A DNA stretch of 64,000 bases from Escherichia coli (GTDB taxonomy: Bacteria > Pseudomonadota > Gammaproteobacteria > Enterobacterales > Enterobacteriaceae). Positions within the stretch are counted from its first letter, which is position 1; the number at the start of each line of letters is the position of its first letter. A program made the translations under genes and the position numbers. The stretch lies in NCBI RefSeq assembly GCF_003334765.1, contig NZ_QOWT01000011.1, one strand, 5' to 3'. The notes under the pieces were generated by a model. It made no database searches. It was not told the DNA's origin and saw only the letters and a list, made by a program, of their open reading frames with translations. Of this stretch, positions 48,235 through 64,000 are shown one piece after another.

Positions 48235-49221
48235 TTACACTACGCCTGCACGCAGTAAATCATGCATATGTAACACACCGAGTAAATGGTCGCCATCGGC
48301 AACCATCACGGAGGTGATATGGCGGGACTGCATTAAGTTCAGTGCCTCAACGGCCAGAATGCCAGGGCGCACACGTATTCCCCCCGGCGTCATCACATCG
48401 GCAATACTTAACTGACGAACATCCACGCCCATATCGAAGACACGGCGTAAATCACCGTCGGTAAAGATGCCTTCAATCATCATATTGTCATCGCAAATGA
48501 CAGTCATACCAAGATTTTTGCGGGTAACTTCCAGCAACGCGTCACGCAGACTGGCCGTTTTCTTAACATGCGGGATCTCATCGCCCGTATGCATAATATC
48601 GTTTACGCGCAGCAGAAGTTTACGACCCAGTGCGCCGCCTGGGTGTGAGAGCGCAAAATCTTCAGCAGTAAAGCCGCGTGCTTTTAACAGCGCGACAGCG
48701 AGGGCATCGCCCATAACCAGCGTGGCGGTGGTGCTGCTGGTCGGTGCCAGCCCTAACGGACAGGCTTCTTTCGCTACTTTAACACACAGATGCACATCTG
48801 CGGCGCGCGCCATGCTGCTCTCCGGGCGACCGGTGATGCAGATTAATGGTACGTGAAGACGCTTAAGCACTGGAATTAAGGCCGTGATTTCGCTGGATTC
48901 ACCAGAGTTAGAGATAGCAATCACCACATCCTGTGGGGTAACCATGCCTAAATCACCATGCGCGGCTTCACCAGGATGGACGAAAAATGAAGGTGTACCG
49001 GTGCTGGCAAACGTTGCCGCCATTTTTCGCCCAATATGCCCCGATTTTCCCATCCCCATGACGACAACTTTCCCTTTACACCAGAACATCTTTTCACAGG
49101 CAAGCGTGAAATTCTGATTGATGTATTGATCAAGCTCCGCCAGGCATTCACGTTCAATCGCCAGGACTTCTTTACCTGCTTGCTGAAAGTCAAAACCCGG
49201 TTGTAACTCTACGTGCGACAT
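48235..49221 (-). CDS. kdsD: D-arabinose-5-phosphate isomerase
   Basis: 328 aa from MSHVELQPGFDFQQAGKEVL; SIS domain followed by CBS domains. Confidence 0.9.
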   Translation of the reverse strand: MSHVELQPGFDFQQAGKEVLAIERECLAELDQYINQNFTLACEKMFWCKGKVVVMGMGKSGHIGRKMAATFASTGTPSFFVHPGEAAHGDLGMVTPQDVVIAISNSGESSEITALIPVLKRLHVPLICITGRPESSMARAADVHLCVKVAKEACPLGLAPTSSTTATLVMGDALAVALLKARGFTAEDFALSHPGGALGRKLLLRVNDIMHTGDEIPHVKKTASLRDALLEVTRKNLGMTVICDDNMMIEGIFTDGDLRRVFDMGVDVRQLSIADVMTPGGIRVRPGILAVEALNLMQSRHITSVMVADGDHLLGVLHMHDLLRAGVV

Positions 49222-49234
49222 AATGCGTTTCCAG

Positions 49235-50212
49235 TTATTCAACGAGTATTGGCGATAACCAGTACAACATCGCCAGCCATACGATAAATCCGCCAGTTAA
49301 TAATACCCCTACACCACGGCCCGGTTGCGGGGAGCGCCGCCAGCACAGCAACGCAAAAATAATGCTCACCAGCAACATCACGCTGTAGTCACGACTGTAC
49401 GCCAGTGGATCAATCTCTCCTGGCGTTATCAGCGCGGGTAAACCCAACACGATGACAATATTAAAAATGTTTGCGCCAATGATATTTCCGACAGCAATGT
49501 CGTTTTCACCTTTGCGAACCCCCGCTATTGCGGTTGCCAGTTCCGGCAGGCTGGTTCCGATAGCAATTGCCGTCAGACCCATCGTCAACTCGCTGATGGC
49601 AAAGTAATTCGCCAGCACCGTGGCGTTATCAACCACCATCCGCGTGGCCACTGGCATGATGATAAGCGCAATGCCGAGCCATAAAAACGCGACGGGCAAT
49701 CCGCCGTCACGCGGCAGCTCTGCAAGCTGCTCTCTGGTCAGGCTGTCAGTCCCCTGACGTTCAGCCTGACGTGCAAGTTTAACAATGAACAGCAGCCATA
49801 GCACAGCCAGAAAGAGGAGAAAGATACCATCGCTGCGACTAAGTTGTCCGTCATAGAGTACGGAACCGGCCACCACGCTGACCAACAACATTAAGGGTAA
49901 TTCACGGCGTAGAACATCAGAATGGACGGTAAAAGGACGAACCAGCGCAGCCAGACCGAGGATCAGCAATATATTGATAATGTTTGAGCCGAGGGCTGTA
50001 CCAACGGCTAAATCGCGTTGTTCGTGCAGAGACGCGGCAAGCGAGACGATGACTTCTGGTAACGATGTACCAATACTGACCACCGTCATGCCGATGATCA
50101 GCGGCGGGATGCCAAAGGTTCGGCAAAGAATAGACGCGGCAAAAACCAGGCGGTCGGCACTGTAAACGACCAAAAGTAAACCAACAATTAACAGTGCCGT
50201 AGCTAAAAGCAT
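49235..50212 (-). CDS. yrbG: Putative cation/Ca2+ antiporter-family membrane protein YrbG
   Basis: 325 aa polytopic membrane ORF. Confidence 0.85.
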   Translation of the reverse strand: MLLATALLIVGLLLVVYSADRLVFAASILCRTFGIPPLIIGMTVVSIGTSLPEVIVSLAASLHEQRDLAVGTALGSNIINILLILGLAALVRPFTVHSDVLRRELPLMLLVSVVAGSVLYDGQLSRSDGIFLLFLAVLWLLFIVKLARQAERQGTDSLTREQLAELPRDGGLPVAFLWLGIALIIMPVATRMVVDNATVLANYFAISELTMGLTAIAIGTSLPELATAIAGVRKGENDIAVGNIIGANIFNIVIVLGLPALITPGEIDPLAYSRDYSVMLLVSIIFALLCWRRSPQPGRGVGVLLTGGFIVWLAMLYWLSPILVE

Positions 50213-50421
50213 CTAACGTCCTTTCTTCAGGTATACTCGCCGGTCCGCTGAAGATTTTCAGAAAGCCGTAACGGATGCTTAATTTTGACTTTATGCGGCT
50301 AAAAAGTAAAACAAATGCCAGCTTTCGCTAACCACGGCGGGTAATATTCTGTAAATATGTTGGGTTCAAGGTTAAATTGAGCGCCATGCTTAGAAAATCA
50401 ACGCAAGACGAAGGGTGAATT

Positions 50422-52021
<1,600 letters not shown>

Positions 52022-52025
52022 GTTC

Positions 52026-52577
52026 ATGCAAACGAAAAAAAATGAAATTTGGGTGGGTATCTTTTTATTAGCAGCACTGCTGGCGGCGCTGTTTGTTTGC
52101 CTGAAGGCGGCGAACGTGACGTCCATACGTACTGAACCGACCTACACGCTTTATGCGACGTTCGATAACATTGGCGGCCTGAAAGCGCGCTCTCCGGTCA
52201 GTATTGGTGGCGTTGTTGTGGGTCGGGTGGCGGATATTACGCTGGACCCGAAAACCTATCTGCCGCGCGTAACGCTGGAAATTGAACAACGTTATAACCA
52301 CATTCCAGATACCAGTTCGCTGAGCATTCGTACTTCCGGCCTGCTGGGGGAACAATATCTGGCATTAAACGTCGGTTTTGAAGACCCGGAACTGGGGACT
52401 GCTATCCTGAAGGATGGCGATACAATTCAGGACACTAAGTCTGCGATGGTGCTGGAAGATCTCATTGGTCAGTTCCTTTACGGTAGTAAAGGCGATGACA
52501 ATAAGAATAGTGGCGATGCGCCAGCTGCTGCGCCAGGTAATAATGAAACCACTGAACCTGTGGGTACAACGAAATAA
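52026..52577 (+). CDS. mlaD: MCE-domain phospholipid-binding protein MlaD
   Basis: 183 aa from MQTKKNEIWVGIFLL. Confidence 0.9.
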   Translation: MQTKKNEIWVGIFLLAALLAALFVCLKAANVTSIRTEPTYTLYATFDNIGGLKARSPVSIGGVVVGRVADITLDPKTYLPRVTLEIEQRYNHIPDTSSLSIRTSGLLGEQYLALNVGFEDPELGTAILKDGDTIQDTKSAMVLEDLIGQFLYGSKGDDNKNSGDAPAAAPGNNETTEPVGTTK

Positions 52578-53230
<653 letters not shown>

Positions 53231-53231
<1 letters not shown>

Positions 53232-53524
53232 TGAGCGAGTCACTGAGCTGGATGCAGACGGGTGACACGCTGGCGTTATCCGGAGAGCTGGATCAGGACG
53301 TTTTGCTACCGCTTTGGGAAATGCGTGAGGAAGCGGTGAAGGGGATTACCTGCATCGATCTTAGCCGTGTCTCCCGCGTGGATACGGGGGGACTGGCACT
53401 GCTGCTCCATCTTATCGATCTGGCGAAAAAGCAGGGCAACAATGTGACGCTTCAGGGGGTAAACGACAAAGTGTATACCCTGGCGAAATTGTATAATTTG
53501 CCTGCTGATGTTCTGCCTCGTTAA
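53231..53524 (+). CDS. mlaB: STAS-domain protein MlaB
   Basis: 97 aa from MSESLSWMQTGDTLALSGELD; start lies at the mlaC stop. Confidence 0.85.
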
Positions 53525-53683
53525 ATTTTTTCAGGCCGGATATGGCGTTAACCGCCTGTCCGGCAAACCTGCCTGCAAGTCGAGCCTTGTCTGATTTATC
53601 AGCGAGGCTTTTTGCTTATTTATGCCAGCGCAACTTTGCTCTAAGATGTTTCGCTGGTTTATTAACTGATGATTGAAGATCCC

Positions 53684-53938
53684 ATGGAAAATAATGAAAT
53701 TCAGAGCGTGTTGATGAACGCTCTCTCCCTCCAGGAAGTCCACGTTTCCGGCGATGGCAGCCACTTTCAGGTTATTGCCGTGGGTGAGTTGTTTGACGGC
53801 ATGAGTCGGGTTAAAAAACAGCAGACGGTCTATGGTCCGCTGATGGAATATATTGCGGATAACCGCATTCATGCTGTGTCGATCAAAGCGTATACCCCTG
53901 CGGAGTGGGCGCGCGATCGCAAACTGAACGGCTTTTGA
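53684..53938 (+). CDS. ibaG: BolA-family acid-stress protein IbaG (YrbA)
   Basis: 84 aa from [14 protein letters not shown]. Confidence 0.85.
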
Positions 53939-53992
53939 GCTATGGGCGATTCGCCGGTAGCGGATATGAATTGTTAACTGAGAACAAACTAA

Positions 53993-55252
<1,260 letters not shown>

Positions 55253-55299
55253 TCGTCTGAGAGCTGGCAGCCCCGTTCGCGGGGCTACCGCCAGACCAC

Positions 55300-55578
55300 T
55301 CATTTTTTCGGTTTAGTGTAGCTACGCATCAACTGCGTTCTGTCGATAAACTCATGGGTCTGCGGATCATGGTAGCGTGATGGCCAGATAACCCAGGGGT
55401 CAGTTCCCAGGGCTTTCGCAATAATCATCTCTCCTTTCGGCCATGGGCGCGATAATGCATTCGCCAGCGTTGAGGAACTCAAACCATTTCTGCGAGATTC
55501 CGCCGCCATTGACGTTCCCTTCTTGCGCAAACCCGCAATGATGTCAGCGGGATGCCAGTCAATGAAATTACTTTCCAT
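55300..55578 (-). CDS. sfsB: Ner-like DNA-binding protein SfsB (Nlp)
   Basis: 92 aa ORF (MESNFIDWHPADIIAGLRKKG...). Confidence 0.85.
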   Translation of the reverse strand: MESNFIDWHPADIIAGLRKKGTSMAAESRRNGLSSSTLANALSRPWPKGEMIIAKALGTDPWVIWPSRYHDPQTHEFIDRTQLMRSYTKPKK

Positions 55579-55805
55579 TTTTCCTCACTCCTTAAGTTAG
55601 TCGCTTTCATTCAGAACACTTCTTCTGTCGAGCATCACTATACTCCTGATGGCCTATTGCTCTAAAAAGTTCCTGTAAAGAGTGTGAATATTCAGAATAT
55701 ATAAAGATGCACATCCCTATTTTTCAGGTGTTATAGAGCTGAATAAGTGTTTTTATGGAACTTACTGGAACCATCCCGCGCGCTGCGCGGGATGAGGGGA
55801 GGGGA

Positions 55806-56777
55806 TTAACGATCGCGTTGAACAGCGATGTGCGCGAGGCCGATGAGTGCTTCTCGCCAAGGGGTGTCCGGGAGCACCTGTAACGCTGCGATGGCTTTGT
55901 CTGCTTCTTCCTCGGCACGCTGACGCGTCCATTCAAGAGATCCACAAGCGTTCATTGCTTCCAGAACCGGTTCCAGAAGATGGCGACCGTTACCCTGTTC
56001 GATGGCGGTACGGATCATCTGTGCCTGTTCTGGTGTGCCATGATGCATCGCATGCAGCAGCGGCAGCGTCGGTTTACCTTCGTTCAGATCGTCGCCGACA
56101 TTTTTACCTAACTGTTCGCCATCGGCATTGTAATCGAGTAAATCGTCGATCAACTGGAAAGCAGTGCCGAGATAGCGCCCATAATCCTGCAGGCCTTTCT
56201 CCTCCTCCGGCGTACAGCCAGCCAGAATCCCGGAACACTGCGCGGCAGCCTCAAACAGACGCGCGGTTTTGCTATAGATAACGCGCATGTAGTTTTCTTC
56301 AGTGATGTCCGGATCGTTAACGTTCATCAGTTGCAGAACTTCACCTTCTGCGATGACGTTTACGGCTTCTGACATGACTTCCAGCACTTTGAGCGAACCG
56401 AGGCTGGTCATCATCTGGAAAGCGCGGGTATAAATAAAATCGCCTACCAGCACGCTGGCGGCATTGCCAAATGCGGCGTTGGCGGTAGCTTTACCCCTGC
56501 GCATATCTGATTCATCCACAACGTCGTCGTGTAGCAGAGTCGCCGTGTGGATAAACTCGATCAGGGCAGCAATGGTGACATGCGCATTTCCCTCATAGCC
56601 AACAGCTCGTGCAGCCAGTACAGCAATCATCGGACGAATACGTTTACCGCCGCCGCTGACGATGTAATAGCCTAACTGATTGATCAGTTGGACGTCGGAA
56701 TTAAGCTGCTCAAGGATTGCCGCATTAACACCCGCCATATCTTGCGCGGTTAACTCATTGATTTTTTCTAAATTCAT
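55806..56777 (-). CDS. ispB: Octaprenyl diphosphate synthase
   Basis: 323 aa ORF with two aspartate-rich motifs (LLHDDVVDESD and LIDDLLD). Confidence 0.95.
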   Translation of the reverse strand: MNLEKINELTAQDMAGVNAAILEQLNSDVQLINQLGYYIVSGGGKRIRPMIAVLAARAVGYEGNAHVTIAALIEFIHTATLLHDDVVDESDMRRGKATANAAFGNAASVLVGDFIYTRAFQMMTSLGSLKVLEVMSEAVNVIAEGEVLQLMNVNDPDITEENYMRVIYSKTARLFEAAAQCSGILAGCTPEEEKGLQDYGRYLGTAFQLIDDLLDYNADGEQLGKNVGDDLNEGKPTLPLLHAMHHGTPEQAQMIRTAIEQGNGRHLLEPVLEAMNACGSLEWTRQRAEEEADKAIAALQVLPDTPWREALIGLAHIAVQRDR

Positions 56778-56999
56778 CGCAAAAGCCGGGCTTTTCGCCC
56801 CGATTACCTTACTGTGAACAAAGGCAACTTAGGGTTTATGGTTAGGAATATAGGGTGATTGTACTGAAAAAATGGCACAGATAAACGTTACCGTACAAGT
56901 TGTGTTTTTTTTCTTCGTGTATTGACTGTAGCACTTGTCAAAGGCGTGCGTTTTGCGTAATATTCGCGCCCTATTGTGAATATTTATAGCGCACTCTGA

Positions 57000-57625
<626 letters not shown>

Positions 57626-57650
57626 GTTTTTCGCGTCCCGGTAACGGATG

Positions 57651-57680
57651 AAAGCCCCGCAACACGTTGCGGGGCTTTTT
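57651..57680 (+). terminator. Rho-independent terminator after rpmA
   Basis: aaagccccgcaacacgttgcggggcttttt: 10 bp GC-rich stem followed by T5. Confidence 0.85.
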
Positions 57681-57751
57681 ACATTCGATAACCGGTAAAA
57701 ATGCGCATGGTGCGACGTTAATCCGCAAATGCGCTTTGCAGGGAATACGGT

Positions 57752-58717
57752 ATGAAGCAGCAGGCAGGCATTGGCATTCTTTTGGCGCTCACCACAGCAA
57801 TTTGCTGGGGGGCGTTGCCAATCGCAATGAAGCAGGTGCTGGAGGTGATGGAACCTCCGACAATCGTGTTTTACCGTTTCTTGATGGCGAGTATTGGCCT
57901 GGGTGCCATTCTTGCGGTGAAGAAGAGGTTGCCGCCATTACGCGTGTTTCGTAAGCCACGCTGGTTGATTTTGTTGGCAGTGGCGACCGCCGGGCTGTTT
58001 GGGAACTTCATCCTGTTCAGCTCATCCTTGCAATACCTGAGTCCGACCGCTTCGCAGGTGATTGGGCAACTCTCGCCAGTTGGCATGATGGTTGCCAGCG
58101 TATTTATCCTCAAAGAGAAAATGCGCAGCACTCAGGTTGTAGGGGCATTGATGCTCCTGAGCGGCCTGGTGATGTTTTTTAACACCAGTCTGGTCGAGAT
58201 ATTTACAAAGCTCACCGATTACACCTGGGGAGTTATCTTTGGGGTCGGTGCGGCGACGGTTTGGGTGAGTTATGGCGTGGCGCAAAAGGTTTTATTGCGT
58301 CGGCTGGCCTCACCGCAGATCCTGTTTTTACTGTACACTTTATGTACAATTGCGCTCTTCCCTCTGGCAAAGCCTGGAGTGATAGCGCAGCTTAGCCACT
58401 GGCAGCTCGCATGTTTAATTTTTTGCGGACTGAATACCTTGGTAGGATATGGCGCCCTGGCGGAAGCGATGGCTCGCTGGCAGGCAGCGCAGGTGAGCGC
58501 GATCATCACGCTCACCCCACTGTTTACGCTGTTTTTTTCAGATCTTTTATCACTGGCCTGGCCCGATTTCTTCGCCAGACCGATGTTAAACCTTTTAGGT
58601 TATCTCGGTGCGTTTGTCGTGGTTGCGGGCGCGATGTATTCCGCCATTGGTCATCGTATTTGGGGCGGATTACGTAAGCATACAACGGTGGTATCGCAAC
58701 CCCGCGCAGGCGAATGA
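57752..58717 (+). CDS. yhbE: EamA/DMT-family inner-membrane transporter YhbE
   Basis: 321 aa polytopic membrane ORF. Confidence 0.85.
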   Translation: MKQQAGIGILLALTTAICWGALPIAMKQVLEVMEPPTIVFYRFLMASIGLGAILAVKKRLPPLRVFRKPRWLILLAVATAGLFGNFILFSSSLQYLSPTASQVIGQLSPVGMMVASVFILKEKMRSTQVVGALMLLSGLVMFFNTSLVEIFTKLTDYTWGVIFGVGAATVWVSYGVAQKVLLRRLASPQILFLLYTLCTIALFPLAKPGVIAQLSHWQLACLIFCGLNTLVGYGALAEAMARWQAAQVSAIITLTPLFTLFFSDLLSLAWPDFFARPMLNLLGYLGAFVVVAGAMYSAIGHRIWGGLRKHTTVVSQPRAGE

Positions 58718-59905
<1,188 letters not shown>

Positions 59906-59929
59906 TCACTGATGATAAACGCCAAATCA

Positions 59930-60027
<98 letters not shown>

Positions 60028-60060
60028 ATAAACAAAGCGCACTTTGTCAATAATCTGAAG

Positions 60061-60088
60061 CCCCGGCCATGTGCCGGGGTTTCTTTTT
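60061..60088 (+). terminator. Rho-independent terminator after obgE
   Basis: ccccggccatgtgccgggg hairpin followed by tttcttttt, immediately upstream of the convergent dacB stop. Confidence 0.75.
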
Positions 60089-60090
60089 GA

Positions 60091-61524
60091 CTAATTGTTC
60101 TGATAAATATCTTTATACAAACGGCTTTCAAAACGCACTAACGGAATACGGCGATTACGCTGATCCGCAGGTTCTACTGCATAGCCAGAAAGATATTGCA
60201 CAAACGCCATTCGTTGCCCGCTCGCTGTGGTAATGAATCCCGCCAGGTTATATACCCCCTGCAACGAACCGGTTTTCGCTGAGACTTTTCCATCCACGCC
60301 CGCCTGATGCAGACCTGCACGGTACTGCAAAGAGCCGTCATAGCCCGCCAGCGGCAGCATGGAGATAAAGTTAAGTTCATTGTCGTGTTGGGCAATGTAT
60401 TGCAGCACCTGCATCATGGTGGCGGGGGCAATCAGGTTATGCCGCGAAAGCCCTGAACCATCGGCAATAATGGTGTTTCCAATATCGACACCGGCTTGCT
60501 GGCGCAGGATCTGACGCACGGCGTCCGACCCGGCCCGCCATGTTCCAGGCACATTGAAGCGCGCATGGCCTATCATGCGGAAAACCGTATCGGCGATCAT
60601 GTTGTCCGACTTTTTCAGCATAATCTTAAGCAGATCGTGCAGCGGGGCCGACTGTTTACTGGCAACTACCGTTCCAGGTTCGTTAACCTGAGTCTGGCGC
60701 AGCAGTGTTCCGCTCCAGGTGATACCCGCCTGTTTTAACTCATCTTTCAGAATTGCACCGGCATAGCTGGCTCCATCCTGCACGGCAAAAGCCAACGGGA
60801 GCGGCTCAGAACGTTGTGGCAGGCATCCCGTCAGCGTAAAGCGGTTCAGGTCGCCTGGCACCACATCCAGTTCGCAGTATTGCGCTTCGGCAGAACCACG
60901 GGGGAGGGTGCGTACCTGGCTGAACATCGTAACGGGGTAATAAGATGCCACGCGTATAAAAGCCATATCACCAGGCTTTGGGGCACTGTAGAGCGAGACG
61001 GAGAAACAGTTGCGGTCAACTATGGCGGCGGCAGGCGGAGCGCTAAAGCATTGTGTCATGTCATTCCATGGCCAGCCGGGGGCTTTATCGTGGCTGGCGA
61101 AAATGGAGGTATCTATCAACACATTGCCATCGATTTGGTTGACGCCAGATTTTTTCAAAGTCGCGACCATATTGCGAATATCCTGACGTTTTAACGTCGG
61201 ATCGGCACCAAATCGCGCCACTAAGTCACCCTTAAGTACGCCGTTTTCCACATTGCCTTTGGTTTCAAGCGTCGTGGTAAAACGAAAATCGGGGCCGAGT
61301 TGAATCAACGCCGCCAGCGCAGTAATCACTTTCTGGGTACTGGCAGGCAGCGCCATCTGCTGACTGTGGTAATCAATAGCGGGGGCCGACGCGCCGACTT
61401 TTTGCACCATCAGGGCAAGGTTGGCACCAGCGGGGAGTTGAGTAATGTACTCATCAACATTTGCGGCCTGAACACTGAACGCTATACAGCTGGTCAATCC
61501 GATGATAAATCTGGAAAATCGCAT
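60091..61524 (-). CDS. dacB: D-alanyl-D-alanine carboxypeptidase/endopeptidase PBP4
   Basis: 477 aa ORF with a signal peptide and the STQK active-site motif. Confidence 0.9.
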   Translation of the reverse strand: MRFSRFIIGLTSCIAFSVQAANVDEYITQLPAGANLALMVQKVGASAPAIDYHSQQMALPASTQKVITALAALIQLGPDFRFTTTLETKGNVENGVLKGDLVARFGADPTLKRQDIRNMVATLKKSGVNQIDGNVLIDTSIFASHDKAPGWPWNDMTQCFSAPPAAAIVDRNCFSVSLYSAPKPGDMAFIRVASYYPVTMFSQVRTLPRGSAEAQYCELDVVPGDLNRFTLTGCLPQRSEPLPLAFAVQDGASYAGAILKDELKQAGITWSGTLLRQTQVNEPGTVVASKQSAPLHDLLKIMLKKSDNMIADTVFRMIGHARFNVPGTWRAGSDAVRQILRQQAGVDIGNTIIADGSGLSRHNLIAPATMMQVLQYIAQHDNELNFISMLPLAGYDGSLQYRAGLHQAGVDGKVSAKTGSLQGVYNLAGFITTASGQRMAFVQYLSGYAVEPADQRNRRIPLVRFESRLYKDIYQNN

Positions 61525-61642
61525 AATCTCGCGCTAACAACCTGGAATCGAGCCGTCATACTACGGCGCAACGCCCTATAAAGTAAACGATGACCCTTCG
61601 GGAACTTCAGGGTAAAATGACTATCAAAATGTGAATTGTAGC

Positions 61643-61676
61643 TGACCTGGGACTTGTACCCGGGTCGGTATTTTTT
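61643..61676 (+). terminator. Leader terminator/attenuator upstream of greA (GraL-type short leader transcript region)
   Basis: Hairpin gacctgggacttgtacccgggtc followed by a T7 run, about 95 bp upstream of the greA ATG. Confidence 0.6.
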
Positions 61677-61771
61677 TGCTTCTGGTCCCGGTAAGGAGTT
61701 ATGCCGGGCAGGCCGAACAGCCGGGGTGGGTGAAGACTTGCCCTATCAGGAATATTCAAGAGGTATAACAA

Positions 61772-62248
<477 letters not shown>

Positions 62249-62291
62249 GAATTACCCAATACTCAAGATGTTGATGTATTGTAAAGAAAGG

Positions 62292-62316
62292 AAAAAGGCC
62301 GCTATGCGGCCTTTTA
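62292..62316. terminator. Terminator hairpin between convergent greA and yhbY
   Basis: aaaaaggccgctatgcggcctttta: stem aggccgc / gcggcct flanked by A5 and T4. Confidence 0.7.
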
Positions 62317-62403
62317 TCAACGAACAGAGCGTGGCATTTTGCTCTCCTGCCTGCGGAAAACCCCTCGTTTTACACAGCAAATGTGTGTAACTTTAGGATA
62401 ATC

Positions 62404-62697
62404 TTAGCGTGGCAGCGAGATTTTACGTTCTTTAGTTGGGCGATAAAGCACCAGCGTTTTACCGATGACCTGTACATTACAGGCGCCGGTTTCGCGCACG
62501 ATAGCTTCCACGATCAAGGTTTTAGTTTCGCGATCTTCGGTGGCGATTTTCACCTTGATGAGTTCATGGTGCTCTAACGCTTGTTCAATCTCGGCCAGCA
62601 CCCCTTCGGTCAAACCATTACTGCCAAGCAGAACAACTGGCTTGAGCGGATGTGCCAGACCTTTCAGGTGCTGTTTTTGTTTAGTACTCAGATTCAT
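62404..62697 (-). CDS. yhbY: CRS1/YhbY-family RNA-binding protein
   Basis: 97 aa ORF (MNLSTKQKQHLKGLAHPLKPVV...). Confidence 0.9.
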   Translation of the reverse strand: MNLSTKQKQHLKGLAHPLKPVVLLGSNGLTEGVLAEIEQALEHHELIKVKIATEDRETKTLIVEAIVRETGACNVQVIGKTLVLYRPTKERKISLPR

Positions 62698-62720
62698 CGT
62701 ATTTTTTGCTTACGTTGGGA

Positions 62721-62748
62721 TTGAAAACGGGTCATTCTACCGCCATCT
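62721..62748 (+). promoter_or_regulatory. Candidate sigma-32 heat-shock promoter for rlmE-ftsH
   Basis: TTGAAA (62721-62726), a 13 bp spacer, then CCGCCATCT, approximating the sigma-32 consensus; judged by eye only. Confidence 0.35.
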
Positions 62749-62822
62749 CCCATATATCACCAAATAGGCGCGTAAAAATTTACGCAATTGGTTACGATGA
62801 GTTATCCCCATGGGAAAGTTAA

Positions 62823-63452
62823 ATGACAGGTAAGAAGCGTTCTGCCAGCTCCAGCCGCTGGCTTCAGGAACACTTTAGCGATAAATATGTTCAACAGGCA
62901 CAGAAAAAGGGGTTACGTTCCCGTGCCTGGTTTAAACTTGATGAAATACAGCAAAGTGACAAACTCTTTAAACCGGGAATGACGGTTGTCGACCTTGGTG
63001 CTGCTCCGGGTGGTTGGTCACAATATGTGGTCACCCAAATTGGCGGCAAAGGCCGCATCATCGCTTGCGATCTTTTACCTATGGATCCTATCGTTGGTGT
63101 GGACTTTCTTCAGGGCGATTTTCGTGATGAACTGGTGATGAAAGCACTGCTGGAGCGCGTTGGCGACAGCAAAGTCCAGGTTGTCATGTCCGATATGGCA
63201 CCAAACATGAGCGGAACACCGGCGGTGGATATCCCCCGTGCCATGTATCTGGTGGAACTGGCGCTAGAAATGTGTCGTGATGTATTAGCGCCAGGTGGCA
63301 GTTTTGTAGTGAAGGTGTTCCAGGGCGAAGGTTTCGATGAGTATCTAAGGGAAATTCGCTCCCTGTTTACGAAGGTCAAAGTTCGTAAGCCGGACTCTTC
63401 TCGTGCACGTTCGCGGGAAGTGTATATTGTAGCGACCGGGCGTAAACCCTAA
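62823..63452 (+). CDS. rlmE: 23S rRNA U2552 2'-O-ribose methyltransferase RlmE (FtsJ/RrmJ)
   Basis: 209 aa ORF ([24 protein letters not shown]...) with a SAM-binding motif ([13 protein letters not shown]). Confidence 0.95.
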
Positions 63453-63551
63453 CCGGGAGATTTCAGACGAAAGTTTGAAAGATGCTGGATATAGAGTATC
63501 CTGACGCTGTTTTTAACACAGTTGTAATAAGAGGTTAATCCCTTGAGTGAC

Positions 63552-64000
63552 ATGGCGAAAAACCTAATACTCTGGCTGGTCATTGCCGTTGTGCTGATGT
63601 CAGTATTCCAGAGCTTTGGGCCCAGCGAGTCTAATGGCCGTAAGGTGGATTACTCTACCTTCCTACAAGAGGTCAATAACGACCAGGTTCGTGAAGCGCG
63701 TATCAACGGACGTGAAATCAACGTTACCAAGAAAGATAGTAACCGTTATACCACTTACATTCCGGTTCAGGATCCGAAATTACTGGATAACCTGTTGACC
63801 AAGAACGTCAAGGTTGTCGGTGAACCGCCTGAAGAACCAAGCCTGCTGGCTTCTATCTTCATCTCCTGGTTCCCGATGCTGTTGCTGATTGGTGTCTGGA
63901 TCTTCTTCATGCGTCAAATGCAGGGCGGCGGTGGCAAAGGTGCCATGTCGTTTGGTAAGAGCAAAGCGCGCATGCTGACGGAAGATCAGATCAAAACGAC
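63552..64000 (+). CDS. ftsH: ATP-dependent zinc metalloprotease FtsH, N-terminal part (continues past the window end)
   Basis: ATG at 63552 opens a frame encoding [41 protein letters not shown]..., open to position 64000; not in the ORF track because it has no stop inside the window. Confidence 0.9.

Overview
This window reads as a contiguous stretch of Escherichia coli-type enterobacterial chromosome, running from the 3' end of tldD to the 5' end of ftsH, in reverse orientation to the usual K-12 map. I recognise about 66 protein genes by their translations and known gene order: aaeRXAB, yhcO, yhcN, argR, mdh, degS, degQ, yhcB, zapE, rplM-rpsI, sspAB, dcuD, nanRATEK-yhcH, yhcG, the gltF-yhcA-yhcD-yhcE-yhcF chaperone-usher cluster, gltBD, yhcC, arcB with the convergent sRNA arcZ, elbB, mtgA, yrbL, the npr-rapZ-ptsN-hpf-rpoN-lptBAC-kdsCD-yrbG cluster, mlaFEDCB-ibaG-murA, sfsB, ispB, rplU-rpmA-yhbE-obgE, dacB, greA, yhbY and rlmE. 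I found no tRNA, rRNA, CRISPR array, insertion sequence, prophage or recognisable defence island, and no clear previously undescribed system. The observations most worth a second look are: (1) an in-frame TAA in rpsI (ribosomal protein S9) at codon 89, with the remaining 41 codons perfectly intact downstream; (2) a family of five 27-29 bp dyad-symmetric repeats with compensatory arm changes, three of them tandem and in frame inside yhcG; (3) an uninterrupted yhcE, so the yhc fimbrial operon is intact here, whereas I recall it being split by IS5 in K-12 MG1655. All coordinates come from the supplied ORF track plus manual reading; no database search was run.
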